Below, in pieces: positions 36,601-49,834 of a stretch of 64,000 nucleotides of DNA. A model generated the notes under the pieces. That model saw only the letters and a program-made list of their open reading frames with translations, was not told the DNA's origin and made no database searches. The first letter of the stretch is position 1. Each line of letters begins with the position of its first letter. This DNA comes from Marsupella aquatica (lineage: Eukaryota; Plantae; Marchantiophyta): positions 28,544,307 through 28,608,306 of the forward strand of contig OZ316892.1 in NCBI GenBank assembly GCA_973895155.1, written 5' to 3'. A program made the translations under genes and the position numbers.

Positions 36601-36822
36601 TGAGGCCTCAAATTGAAATCGATCTGCACCCGTGGCTTGAAGAAAAAAATCTAGTGAGCACACTCGTGCTGATAACGTGTTCAACATCACAATAACTCCA
36701 ACTGTTTTATTCATCCAATCTTCTCATATACATAGGTGGTTGTCTAGATGGTTGGTTGTGTAACCGCCATGGGTTAGGGTTTAGTCCTAACCTTAGGTAG
36801 ACTTGTCCTAGGGGTTGCAACA
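33690..36822 (-). mobile_element. Truncated Ty1/copia element (Bianca-like): 5' LTR, gag, protease, integrase; RT and 3' LTR missing
   Basis: Gag FQAL..D..NFLSW.LD.EAHL; protease ILDSGTSH; WHRRLGHPG; integrase IDASSKWS, LRVDNAGEF; KLGPQRQKGIYIGFDS. Multiple lesions. Confidence 0.88.
36678..36822 (-). repeat. Copia 5' LTR (145 bp) with adjacent PBS at 36664-36677
   Basis: Minus strand TGTTGCAAC...GTTGAACA followed by CGTTATCAGCACGA, an internal (half-tRNA) iMet-type PBS. Confidence 0.8.
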
Positions 36823-37189
36823 AAACACTCTTTTACAACTCATACATGAGAGATGGAAAATATTGAACAATAATAAAGTCTATGTAATGCTCAATATAGT
36901 GCATAATCAAAATGCTAACTTGCCCTACAACACAATACAAGTAAAATGCTCCTATCTTTTACTTGTCTTCAAAGGAGAAACCATCTGCAATAATAACAAA
37001 ATATTCAAAAACCAATTAGACCAAATGTGAACATAATTAAAGAACACATCAGCTCATCAATGAAATATATTTGAATACAAACAAAGGTGATTTTGAGTGT
37101 GCAACATCCTTGTACCTGAGATCAGTTAGTACTTCAGTGAGATCTAAGATGGAGGCTCTACTCCATAGATACGCTGACTTGTCTCCTCC

Positions 37190-40100
37190 TTCCAATTTGT
37201 AGTGCGGTCCATTAATACTCATATATGGGAGGGTCTATCTTGAATAACAGTGTTCACTGCTCGACGATCACGAACCTTCCAAACATGTCTCCTTATACTT
37301 TTGTTCCAATCCATAGCAGTACAACACAAACAAGCCTCATGTGTAGCTGAAAAATGGATATGTTTTGTGGCATACTTTTCCATTACCGAATGGAAGGTCT
37401 CAGACATGAAATTCTCATGGGCCATGGTATAAATTGCATTTTCTCTGGCCTTATGTACTTCGCCATGAAAACTTTCATGGCCTTATGAGTTTCTCCACCT
37501 AATTCTCCAAAGATGAATTTGATTATTTTCTTTCATGATTACCACGTTGTATACAAAATACAAAGTAACATTGAATGATTTGAGAACCCATATTAAATTC
37601 ATAGGATAAAGTTTAAATTTTACCCATATCATAGTACAAGTCCAATTGTGGAGCATTAGGTTCTCCAAGATGTTGACAAGGTTGGTCAGATAGAGTCATA
37701 CACTTTTGATGATCACCGGCCCAATGATCGGCACAATTTCCTAGCTCAAAAGCTAACAATTCACTATCTCCGCCCCTGCATTGCAAAGTAGTGAAAACAT
37801 AAAATATAATAGAAATTCAACCCAACAAGTTAAAACATATTTATTTAATAGAAAGAGCAAATTACAAGCAATTTGCCCTCACTACATGAATGTTGATATA
37901 CCTATTCTTACATGTTTGACAACACACATAGATCCAAGTTTTAAACTTGCTTGCCAAATTATGCTCCACCAACTCTAGAAACTTTAGACCACGAGTAGAA
38001 ATATGCACTAGGTCCTCCTCTGGCAACCCACACAACTCACCAACTTGATGAACTAACTCCTCCTTCCTCCAATTAGAGTAGCCCCTCACACCACGATCCT
38101 TCAACCACTCTTTCAACTTCTTATTTGTAACCGCTTGCAAATCAGAACAAGATATTGCAGTATCTATGTCAACAGTAAGAGTAAATGTGGCACTTGCCAA
38201 CTTCTCCACAAATTTCTTCACCAAGTTCTTTGCTTTATGCCATAAGTCCTTTTGGTTTATGAATCCCATATCCTCAACAATTCTATCTACGGCACTCTTG
38301 TCATCATGAATAACCTCCTTAATTATCACCCCTGCCTCCATAAGAGTTTCTAGTACCTTTTGTGTTCCTTTGTCCTCCATATACCAAAAATTGTTCTCAT
38401 CTTTTTTACTCACAGTGACCATGTCAAGAACTCTATTATCATAACTGTCAATGATGGAGGAAGTACCATGATACTCACTCCGAGAAGAATCCCAATGACA
38501 ATCCAAAAATAGTACTAATCTAGGAGCTGCAAAAAAGCATGTCAAGGACATATCATGTGGGGGAAAGCTAATTGTGGCACATAATACCATCCAGTTATAA
38601 TACAATGTTTTTATTTTTAGTCAAAATTGCATAATAATGGTGACAAAATCTGTTGCACATAAGTCACCAAAAACAAGGTTTTATCTTATTAATGACTGCA
38701 AATGGTAGTCTAGTTTAGGGTACAAACCTTCTTCAACTGCACGTTGTTGCTGAAGTCAAATTTTGACATCCTCCCATATCTTCTTTTTGTTTGCATCCCA
38801 CTGTTGCTTCACAACATCTACCCATCCAGCTCGAGGTCGTCGGCGTCCACTTTGGAAATTATGCCAATGGGTTGGAGAAGGAACATGCAGACCTAAATGC
38901 AATGTTACAGCAGCTAGGGCAGTAAATGTGAGACCAGCACATAGGGTGGAACGATACAACATAGGTGTCACCAAAGGTGTGTTCCTCCCGGGCTCATTCT
39001 CTCCTGTTATAAATGTCCATCCATGTCCATCTAGGCCACAACTGATTCTAATGGACCAAAGTTGTTGCAACTCTTTAATGCGCTCCACTATAGGAGTCAG
39101 TGAACATCCATCGATACGGCAACGAGGACGTAGTCTCTCAACAAAAGTATGAATTAAGTGTCGATCAAAAAATGCTACTTTAGCCGTGTGACGAGGCGGT
39201 GACCTACGTGTAACTGGTGGGTCGGAGACTGATGGTATTGATTGTGAGTCTGATGGTTGCAAGGCAGGTGATACTGGTGACTGGGAATCTAGGACTACCA
39301 CTTCCTAATTGCATAGAAACATTAATAATTAGTAAACTAACCCTCAACAAAACGCAAAGGTGTCATGTAAAATCACACTAGCATTGGTGTAGAATATAAT
39401 AAATAAAATGATGCACCTCCTCAGGTACATTAGCCCCCCGACAGCTCCTAAATCATAAATAGCTGTTGTTTCGTCATTGCGGTAATTGGCTTCATCATCT
39501 TCATCTGATGGGTACTCTTCGACAATATTCTCATGCAATTCCTCTTGCTCTTCCAAATTAACGTCACTTGTTAGAGATTGTTGGCTCTGTAAAAATTAAC
39601 CAATGACATGTTTGCATCACAATACAGGTAGGTATGGTCTTGGGAAAAGCTTTTATGCAAAGCTCATATGTGGAACCACAAAGAGAAACAAATTATTCTA
39701 AGAAAGCATGACCACAATCTTACATGTGAAAGTCATCCACAAAAGAATCTTAGATAGGTCCCTTTCAATGCAAAAATAACTGTACAAAAACATAACAATT
39801 ATTCATGAACATACCTCAGGTAAAGTGGTATGTTGGCTATGATCCTCTGAAGGGCAATCGCTCTCAGGGTCCATAAAGCTTGAGGAAGCTCCAATGTCTG
39901 TGTCTGATGCAAGTTCATCCTCTAGCGTCTTAGCAAATTGCATTATTTCACAGTTCCTCAAATTGTCAATCCTATCACGCACTTGCTGAAACAACCATTC
40001 AATGATACTCGAGTGTGTAGTTTGTTCATCTCCGAGTAAGCATCTCAACTCCTCCCACTCATCCCACAAGTGAAGTGGTACTCGGATGGCAGGCCTAGCA

Positions 40101-40228
40101 TTCGGTCTGCAAAGTCTCTTATAGTCTATGTTATCACTAGGGTATTTTTTTCTTGGAAGACCACCACCTTGGGGAGGACGTTGGCGACGGTCTGGCGGAA
40201 AATTAAGTGGTTCACCCCCCAAACTCAT
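37190..40228 (-). pseudogene. Intron-containing Mutator-like DDE transposase, decayed, with SAP-like insert
   Basis: FLDCHWDS...HGT, VIHDD, KDLWH, ETFHS..EKYATK..HF....A.DWN; SAP-like VTNKKLKEWLKDRGV.G..NWRKEELV. Pieces are separated by AT-rich intron-like gaps. Confidence 0.72.
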
Positions 40229-40489
40229 TGCAAGCCCAAAGAAACACTAAAAAACTTGTCAACTATAAGTAATAAAGATCAAATGGCAAACTACTTTGGA
40301 ACGTCAAGCTATGTGGCTCAGCCTCTATCTCACTATACAGATAGTCATGGTGTGAAGAACAAAAGGCCCAAAGAAAAATAAAAAACATGTGAGCTAGTAT
40401 AAGGAATCAGAAGATAAATGGTCATACTAATTTGAAATACTCATCTGCCTCACTCTCAAACTCTAAAAACCAAAGACTCTACGCCTCGT

Positions 40490-41050
40490 TCTCTGGCTTA
40501 TTGAAGACATTCTCTGGATTACTATGAACACTGTGAACTGGTAGGGGTTTGTGAGTTCTCTGGCTTATTGAAGACATTCTCTAGATTACTTGTGAACAAC
40601 ATTCTCTAGATTACTGTGAACTGGTAAGGTTTTGTGAGGGCTCTTTATAGACATCGTGCATCATTTTCTTTCTATAGCCAAAGTTACACACACTCTCCCG
40701 ACCCCATAACTCTCGGGGTCGTTCCACACTTGGCACACTAAATTCTGTGCACACTCATCTCCCCCCTCCTTTCTTTCCCCAGTGGGGGTTCCCCATGTCT
40801 CACTTGCAATACTCGCCCTCAACTGTGGCCAACATCAACGCGGTAAATCCACTTGTTGCCACAACAAACCTCGGACTACCGGCCCCATGACTCTGCGTGG
40901 TTGCTCTCCACTCGGAATCCTAAACTTAGCCCTCAATCCCTATATCCCCTCCATGAGACCTCGGACTACCGGCCCCATGACTCTGCGTGATCGCTCTCCA
41001 CTCGGAATCCTAAACTTAGCCCTCAATCCCTATATCCCCTCCATGAGACC
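40490..41050. repeat. Subterminal-type repeats: reiterated block at 40490-40640 and 90-bp tandem duplication at 40868-41047
   Basis: TTCTCTGGCTTATTGAAGACATTCTCT twice; ACCTCGGACTACCGGCCCC...CCATGAG twice. Confidence 0.85.
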
Positions 41051-42374
41051 GCAGGCCGGCAGCCAACCGGCCACAGACAACACCTGGTGCCCCCTCTGAT
41101 CCGTGGGGGATTTTGGGCCTATTTCTCTGACCCTGCATGGGGGCCGCAGCCAACCACCCATCATCCCTCTGTGTGTACCTTGCAGCCAGGACAGGCAGCC
41201 GTCAACACCTGGCGCCATTATAATTCAAGGGCCAGAAGTAGGACAAAACTTCCATTTTAGTGCGAAGTTTGAAACTCCCGACCTCTCGCTCCACAGTGAA
41301 TTCTCTAACCACTAGAATTCTGACAGGATTTTGATCAATGTGGAGGTTCAATGATATCTAAACACATTCATACTGCCCATACCGGTAGGAAACCTTTATA
41401 CCTGCCCGACAAGTGACCCGACATCTGCCCGACGTTCAGCCCGGCAATAATTCTACTTGTATATTGAGGACTACGGGTAACCCGTAGCCCTCTCAGTGTA
41501 AGTTGTGGCTTAATTGGTGGGCTGACTGATGACAGCATTCCTTCTTCAGTCAGAGGGAAGATCTGTATCTGGACCTCAGCTGCGGCGAAGCGGAACCATG
41601 AATGAATTTGCAGAGCAGACACGAGGAGATGCGAAGTCCAGCACTCCCAACCCAGAGCTGTCGGTCTTTCGATCTGTGATGATGATGGGTAGAACTGTCT
41701 AACGAAGAGAGGAATCTGAATTTCCATGACTTGTTTGATGTGGTGATTTTATGCGAATTTTAGAAGCAGTAATTACAAATTGAGTGGTGTAGAGATATTT
41801 GGTAAAGTTCCACACATTTTGAAACTGTCCAAACCCCAATCGATATGATCGCGGAAGTTGTGGTACTGGTTAGCTACTTGAATCACCACCAATGGCAAGC
41901 ATGGAGGCAGCAGAAGGGAGGAGGTTCAGCAGTGTAGGAGGGGGCAGAGTATTTCCTGGGGCGACCCGTATGTGGATTTGGATCGCAGGGTGCTGCTTTC
42001 TGAAGCCCTCAGCCGCTCTCTTCCAAGGCCAACCGCTGCTCCCTCAGGTAGATGTTCACTACTTCGTTTTTTGTTTTTTCCTTTTTGAAATCCGTTTCAT
42101 TGGCTTGCCGAGAACCGAACCGGTGATTTGTTGCTAAGCCCAACACCTCTGACCGGAAATTAATTATTCGAAGTCTCGTTCTGCGGAGCACAACTGACGT
42201 TGTCTACGCAATTCTAAGAACTGTTTTTCACAGCTCGTTAGCAGGCCACTTCTGCACACGTGCTCTTGGCTTTCTAACTGCATCTTATTATTCTGTTTCT
42301 TCGGGCAAGCTCATTTGCCTTCTTATACTGTCTGTCCTTTGTTCCCTTCTCGGGGTTCCTTGGAAGGAAATCGG

Positions 42375-42644
42375 TTCAGTTCAGTTCAATTCAATTCAAT
42401 TCATTGTAAATCTTATGAGATGAGGTCACTAGATGTGCTACAGGGGATTGAATTCTAGAGAATGACTCTCGAAACGTGTTTTGAGATCACTTAACAGGAC
42501 AGCTGTGGAGGTCATCCGTAGCTAGTTGGAAGTTTAGATCTAATCTTCAACCTCAAATGCAGGTCAGCCTTTAAGGTGGTACGTATGCTCTATTACAGAC
42601 AGGCTTGCTGGAGACACCCCAAGATGCGGTTTCTTGTCTGAGTG
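42375..42644. repeat. 270-bp dispersed repeat, copy 2
   Basis: Matches 26289-26558; directly abuts a 5'-truncated transposase. Confidence 0.92.
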
Positions 42645-44354
42645 TGTATGCACACTTTAGTTTGACTGGCCTTTGGCCTGGAGATGCAGACTTCATTGTG
42701 ACATCTTTGGCCAAATGCCTTCAAGATTTGGAGGATTACATTGGAGACAAGACAAAACGGGAGACATGCTTGAAGCTTTCAATTGGAACGCAACTAGGCC
42801 AATATTTCAGTCTCTTTTGGACTTTGAAGCATTTCAAGCGGGTTACTTGGAACCCAAAAATGTTTCAATTCTCAAGTTTCAAGGCCTTGATGACAGTCAG
42901 GAGAGCCAAAAAACCAGCACAACAGATGCTAGTTCTAGAGTTGATCCTGAGACTACGAGCTCTTTCAAGCCCTTACCAAGGCACCTAACACTGCAGATGG
43001 ACAATTCAGGAAAAGATAATAAAAATCAATATGTGATGGCATTTTGCAGCGAGCTTGTTAGCAGGGGGTGTTTGAAATTGTGCAAATGTCATTCCTCATG
43101 GTTGGCCACACCCATGAGGATGTGGATGCACTATTTTCTGAAGTATCCAAACAGTTCAGGTACAAAGAGGTTGCTACCCTCCTTGCGTTGATGGCTGAGG
43201 TTTGGGAGTGTGAAAGCATCCATCCCGTACCACGATTGATTCAGGAGGTTGCATCTTACAAGCACTATTTGAAGGGTTTCCAAGTGAAAGAGATTGAAGG
43301 TCACTCAAAACCAGTGGCATTTCTATTCTCCATGAGGGATAATGTGCCAGTGTATCAATATAAAGCACATGTCAAACAACCTTGGCTTCCAGCAACAAGG
43401 AGGTCAATTTGGAGAACTGATCTCGTCACAAACACGCTCATTTTACCGGAGGGCCAACCATTTGCAAAACCTATATCGGGGGAGGTACAAAAGAAAGCCG
43501 AGGAAATCATCCCATTCCTTAATCGTTACATTGATTTCTTGAGGAAAAGTTGCAAGGATGAGACCTCTGCAACATACCGCGAGAGATTTCCTTTGGTGAA
43601 ATATTGGGAGAGGCTTGTTATGGCACTCTCTGAGGCACTTACAATAGAAGGGGAGGGAGAAAGACAATTGTCATTGACAACTGATTTCTGGCCAAAGACT
43701 AACCATGGCACAGGTTACAAGGTGATTTTGGGGACCTCTCAACCTTCAAGTGAACCTACTCAAAATTCAGAGATGATGGACCTTCAAAATGAGTACATGG
43801 AAGAGATGGAAGGTCAAGCTGCACCCTTCGTTGGTGCACGAGAAGAGCGAGAACTTGCACGTTGGATTCCCCTACAAGATATTCAAGAGGGTCACTTTGT
43901 GTTTTTACGCCCAGAGGATGAATGGGAGCAAAAAAATGGCAAAGGGCGTTTCTGGTTAGTTCGAGCTTTGGGTGGTGTGGATCCAAACCATGAGGTTTCT
44001 TCACTAGATTTGCAATTTAGTGAAGGGTCTTCTTCAAGGTTTTCTAAGAGCATTCACCTAAGTAGCATTCCTAAGCGGTATGCTCCTATGTTCCAAGTGC
44101 AATGGTGGAGGCCTAAACATGGTAAGCATGATGCAAAGGATGATGTTCGATACGAACGTTGCTTTCAGACCACTAAGACTTGGGAGCTAGATCCTGGGTT
44201 TAACACTATCACTCAAAGTTGGCAGTTTGCAAATTCTGCAATGTATGGGTTTAAGTCAGGTGCCAAAGAACAAAATATTATGGATAGAGGTTTGACAATT
44301 CCCAAGAATGTTTTGAAAACTCTCAAAACTTACATGGAAGGTATTGATGAGTAG
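42645..44354 (+). pseudogene. 5'-truncated Sola-like DDE transposase with frameshifts
   Basis: LTLQMDNSGKDNKNQYV...LV..G.FE.V..SFLMVGHTHEDVDALFS motif across ORFs 42673-43191 and 43068-44354. Confidence 0.72.
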
Positions 44355-45337
44355 AGTGATAGAGTGATCACAAGTGTCCACTATGTAATGACTTGTAGGT
44401 AGGAGGGTCAAGTTAATTTCCATGCATTTGTCTAAAGTAAGTGAGAGAACAAGGCATGCAATCAAATACTCTATGATCTCTCTTAGTTATTGAATGGACT
44501 TTTTTATAATTATTGTTATTTTTGTCTTAGTACATTTATTTCTAGAAAATGATGGCAGTTCTAAGTTACTTGGATGTCATCCTAGTTTGAATATAAGATA
44601 TTTAACTTGTCTAGCATTTCATTGTTGCTTAGATAATGATCCTATCCAAGCTAGATGTTTTGAGTATAGATGCTATCCAAGCTTATGTGTTATTACACAC
44701 GTTCTATCTATTTTCAACCAAATGAACACTTTTTATCACCCAAATGTTTTTTAATATTATCCAAATTAATATTTTCTTTGCCCAAATGTCTATTTTTTTG
44801 CCCCAAATTTATAATTCATGATGCTTAAATTTTCATTTTTCATCCTTCAAATTTACAATTCTTATACCTAAAAGTGTGTTTTTAAATGCCCAAATTTCCA
44901 AATCTTCTTTATAATTCCACTTTTAATGAATATAGTGATTTATAAGAACTGCAAGTCATGTTCACTTTTGTATTCATTGGGAGAGACAATTAGGGAGACA
45001 ATACATTTAAGGTCTATCAAGAGATTCGAATAAGTTTGGTTTGGAGGGTCCACTTAATATATTTCTCCCCAAATTTCACTCCAAAATGAGAGCCAGGGTT
45101 TTTAAGTGGGTAAGTGGGTTGTTTGTCTGATTGTGTTTCACTTGTGTCATCTTCTCTTGGCACCTCTAGCTAGTCCAGAAGTCCTTAAGAGCTCATGAGA
45201 GGACATCCCAGTTTCTAGCTCACAGTTTTACAAATCCTAAATTTGTTGACATTGATTTTAGTCTCTCCTTACCCATGATTGCTTTTTTTTCTGTTGTTTT
45301 GAATTGTTTGCATTGGTGTAAAGTAGATAATTACTAT

Positions 45338-45711
45338 GGGCGCTCTGTTCGTCATCCCCCTAACACAGCGCCCGGGCATTGTGTTTGAATATGGATTTTT
45401 TTAGGTCTCCATAAGAAAAAGTAGTTTTTCTTCAAACACAACATCATTTTAATGTAGCGCCCGGGCGTTCTGTTTGAATATTGGCGTTGTGTTTGAGTTG
45501 GACACTCTGTCAAAATTTGACTTTAAACTATTCTACATTGAGCACAAATAATAAAAAAATCAAGAATCATATGCCAATGTCAATATTTGAACACATGCCC
45601 ATAGTCAAAAAGTGAATATAATGCCCTAGGCACAGTGTTTGAATAGAGCACCCCATGACCCACTATTCAAATACAAGGTCATGTTGTGTTAGGGGAAGAC
45701 AAACAATGTCC
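45338..45711. mobile_element. MITE-like element with imperfect terminal inverted repeats
   Basis: Left TGTTCGTCATCCCCCTAACACA vs right TGTGTTAGGGGAAGACAAACA; internal TGTTTGAATA motif repeated. Confidence 0.6.
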
Positions 45712-46843
45712 AATTGATCTTTCGTGAGGTTCACTAGTATGGGCACTGTCAAATCTTCTCCCCTTTTTTCCCTTATCTTTCTTTTCCTATGTCCAGGTTT
45801 CTTTGACTTTGGTGTTTTGTCAGCTTTGGAACTCTTTGCTTTCTATATGGTCCTTTTTATAATTAAACTTTGCCTGTATTGATTGTTTCTCCTTAGATGA
45901 TATGGAATAAACTTTCAAATGAAACCAAATAAACTTGACGATTAGATCATGACTATAAAGTTGAAGAACTTTCCACTTATCTTGAGGAATTGTTTTCCCT
46001 TTTTCTGTCTTTTTGGTTCAATAAAGGTCCCTGCCAATTATAGAGAACTACAAGGATTCAAATCAATGGAAGTCAGCAGGATGTCAAATAGCTAGCAGGA
46101 TGTCAAACACCTAGATAGAAGGTATTCGAAATAGTATCTGTTGTGAGCGTTGATGAAACTATCAAAACTTACAGAGGGCGATGCACTGTTCACGCAACCA
46201 ATTTTCAAGCCCAATTCCGTAAATCCTAGAAAAGCTTGCCGCCTCCATTTCTTCAGCAATGTGCAAGCAAACTAGAATTTGTTACTCCAGTAATATAATA
46301 GGGGTCAGACATAGGGTCAGGCAAATCAACGGATTCTGCCATGGCGAGAAGCTTCATATTAATTAATAAGACAGCCGCTGGGTTCGATCTGCTTGGAGCT
46401 CTTGCTGGCTCCACTTCAATTGCTGCAATCAATCACCAAAATAATAGGAACAATTTGTGTAGTTGACCGATGGTGAGAAGAAGGCTACCTTTGGATATCA
46501 AATAGTCTGAAAAATTGGCTACCTTTGGATCAGCAAATAGTCTGAAAATATGCTGTTACACATCAAATTGAATCTGGATCACTTTCGGATATGAGAGTAG
46601 CGATGAGACGCAAAAACAATGAATTTGATCCTTGACAGCCCGATCGATTGAAAACTCCTGTCCTGAGACCTGTCCTGGTACATAATTATCTATAATATCC
46701 ATTTCCCTACAGACATGAATAACTACAACAAAGATATCAGCCTAAAAGAGATCATATTGACAACTACTCGTCGTTGATTTGCAAACTAGATGTCAAATTT
46801 GACATCAAACTGTAATTGAGCCTAAACCCAATAGCACTGGCAA

Positions 46844-48686
46844 CTATTCCCGGTTGATTTCGTAGCGGGCATGGGGTGAAATTCCTGCACCGACGTCCTT
46901 GGCGAAGTTTGGTGCGTAAGTTCCATACACCAGAGAAGTATATTTTGGTTTTTCGCCGTATCTCTCGAGCACCGCATCTAGTGGCTTGATAATGCACTTT
47001 GGTCCAGGAGTAGCAAAAGCAGCAACGGAAAGACGTGAGCTGTCCCGATTCACCATCACTCTGTGCAGAACACTGTGTAATCTCCCATTGCTCATAATCT
47101 GAATTGTGAGAGAGGAAACAAAGATTAATTAATACGACCCACATTCCAGGCCATCATCTAATTTCTTTCTAACATTACTTTATGTATTTGGACAACCGCT
47201 CAAATCATAGCAACTGCAGTGGGACGCGCTGAAGCTTCACATACCTCCACTTGATTGGCAACGTTGACCAGTATTGATCCTTTGTTTGCTCCTGCTCGCG
47301 GTGGCACATCGAGCCACCCTGTCGTGCCACGTTTTTGTACCTGCAGACCTCCCACGTCGTCTTGCAGCAGCAGCGTCAGGGAGCCAAAATCCTTGTGCGC
47401 ACCCACCCCCAGAACTTTCTCGGGCTCGCTGCACTTTGGATAGTAATTGAGTCGGATAATCAAATGAGACTCGTCTTCAGCCGCTTGAGCGTCGAAGAGG
47501 GTGTCGGGACCAAGACCCAGATACACCGAAAGGGCCTTCCACACGACCTGCAGAATTTTCTCCATTCCTTGAGTGTAATCTTCTATCAAACCCCTGTACA
47601 CTCAGGTTGTTACATCCGTTAGAAATATTTCATAAATGTTCGATCGAGGACAACTCAATTTAAGAGCTTCTCTAGTCCTGAAGTAAGATCGATCTAACGG
47701 GATCATTACCGTTTTGCTATCCATGGACGCTGTATATACGATGAAGGGCCTCATCTCAGGCCGAGAGATTCACAATGTCATCTCTCTCATCTAACCAATG
47801 TGCGAAGGAGTCCAGGGGAGGAATCAATGAAGAATGCAATGTACCTGTAAGCCTCGGGCTTCTTTGGAATTCGATCACGGGTGGCTGTTGGGATGGGTCT
47901 GATATCGTGGCGCAGTACATCATTCCAGAAGCGAGTCCGAGCAGGACCCTTACCGGCCAAGCTGAAGTCCAGTCTGCCATAGCCTTCAGTCTCACCGGGC
48001 CTCACTGCATACTTCTCCTTCTCTACCATCGGCAGCCGGAAAAACTCATTTGAAACCTTGATCACGTCGTCAATGAGCTCCTGGGTGATTCCATGGTCCA
48101 CCACCTAAACTCATCATGCATGTACACACTGTTCTTCAGTATTACATCAAACAATACATGCACAGCGGCTTAATTGCAGAGTTTATTAGAAATTGGCAAG
48201 CAAAATAACTTGTGACAAACGAATCGGGCGTTCCGGCCCGAGACTCAACAATGCTTCAGTCGGTTCCACAGCAATTCTAACCAACGATCGTGAGCAGGAG
48301 ATCGATGCAAGTGTTCAGAAGATGTATCCGCCAACCTGGAAAAACCCCCATTCCTCGCAAGCCTTTCCTATATCTTCGATAAGTTTCTCGGAGGCTTCTG
48401 CGTCCCCGGGTTGTTGCTGATTGGCGAAGAACCTCATCAGAGGTGCCAAGTTAATAGTTGGGTAGCCGACCTTAGGCTTGGACTCGTCATCATCTCCCCA
48501 ATTCCTGTTTGGAATTTTCGTTTCGTCGGTGACGACAAACTCGTCTGGGACCTTAGCCATGTCCTCGTAGGCCTCGACTGGAGACTCCTTCAATTTCAGG
48601 CTCTTCTCAACTTTGGATTCGAGTGTCCCATTCTGACCTGGGTCCCGATCGGTTCCATGTTGCGCTAGTGCCGTCGCGGGTGCCAT
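46844..48686 (-). CDS. 2-oxoglutarate/Fe(II) dioxygenase (DOXC class), copy 1; exons 48686-48336, 48104-47845, 47593-47245, 47098-46844; 404 aa
   Basis: DIOX_N (PTINL..., ACEEWGFFQVVDHGI, FF.LP.EEK), RLNYYPKC, HKD, HRV and RLS motifs. GT-AG introns give an open 1215-nt CDS. Confidence 0.93.
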
Positions 48687-49834
48687 CGTATAGTTGCCGT
48701 CTGATCGAGCTAGCTTGATTGAGGTTGAGATCTTTGGGTGCTCCAATTCAGACAGTGCCCACTCTCACTCTACACTGAGCGGCTGTGAATAGTTCAAAGA
48801 AACCAATCCCCACAATGGCGCGCCTGTCCCTCTGAAACTGCACAAAGCAATTATACTCAGTCTTGCTACACAATCTGGCTTCTGGGACTGGAAACAGGTA
48901 TTGAGCAGGAGAGGGATAATACTTGCTAGGCAAGTGTAAAATGAACCGAATTGTTGAGGTTGCCGGTGTCTGAGCTTCTTTAAACTGGCGCGGCGTTGCG
49001 AAAATCATGATTTGCAGCAGCTTCTATCGTAGCCACGGTTTGAGAGTTGTTGACGTCACCGCAAGACGGCTACTAAAGGATCATTAACTCCACGGTGATT
49101 CATAAAGAGAACTTTGGACCGGCTCCCACTTTGCGCTGTAATTTGGATTCAGTCTGACATACATTCTCGAGATTCCAGACTGAAGCTGTCAGTCTCCATA
49201 CTTTCTATCACCAGTTTAAGGGCACTTTAGAACACGAATCGAGTTGACAGTTTGCATTATTTTTCTCCCTGCATGTCTCAATCTCCATTGACCCGTGATT
49301 TGTGGTCGTTGGTCAAAGTACTCCCAATCTCCACCGCAAATGTAACTATGGTCTTTATCTCTCAAGTTCTCTTTACTATATGAGAGGAGGCCACTTGAAT
49401 CCCCAGTAAATAGTATCGTCTTTGGCCAAAGTTCACTCCACAATGAGAGGCGAAAGTTTATTCAATCCTAGTTGGAGTGAAGTGGATCTGTGGTATTATG
49501 ATTGTGCCTCTTTTGTTTCCCTTGAAACCAAAGCAGAGCTTGGAAGAGAGTATCTATGTGCACCTCTGTAGGGTGGGAGGGGACAACACCCAGGGAGGAG
49601 GCAGAGAGGGTTAAACCAAGGCCCTAAGGCTGCTAGCCAGGAGCTGAAGAGAAACCAGTACTCACACATACCTTTCACACTCCTTACATGTTTTGGTGAA
49701 ATTGGACTTTCGATTGTGCTTGTGTCTAAAGCTCACTTAGTCTGCTTTTGAACAACCTTTAGGTGTTTTAAAAATTCTTAAAAGCTGATGCGAGAACATC
49801 CAAGCCTTGTTTAGCTCATATTTATGATTGTTGA

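Noticed and set aside
41368-42137. Divergent short ORFs 41368-41727 (-) and 41892-42137 (+)
   Set aside because: No recognisable motifs or supporting exons.
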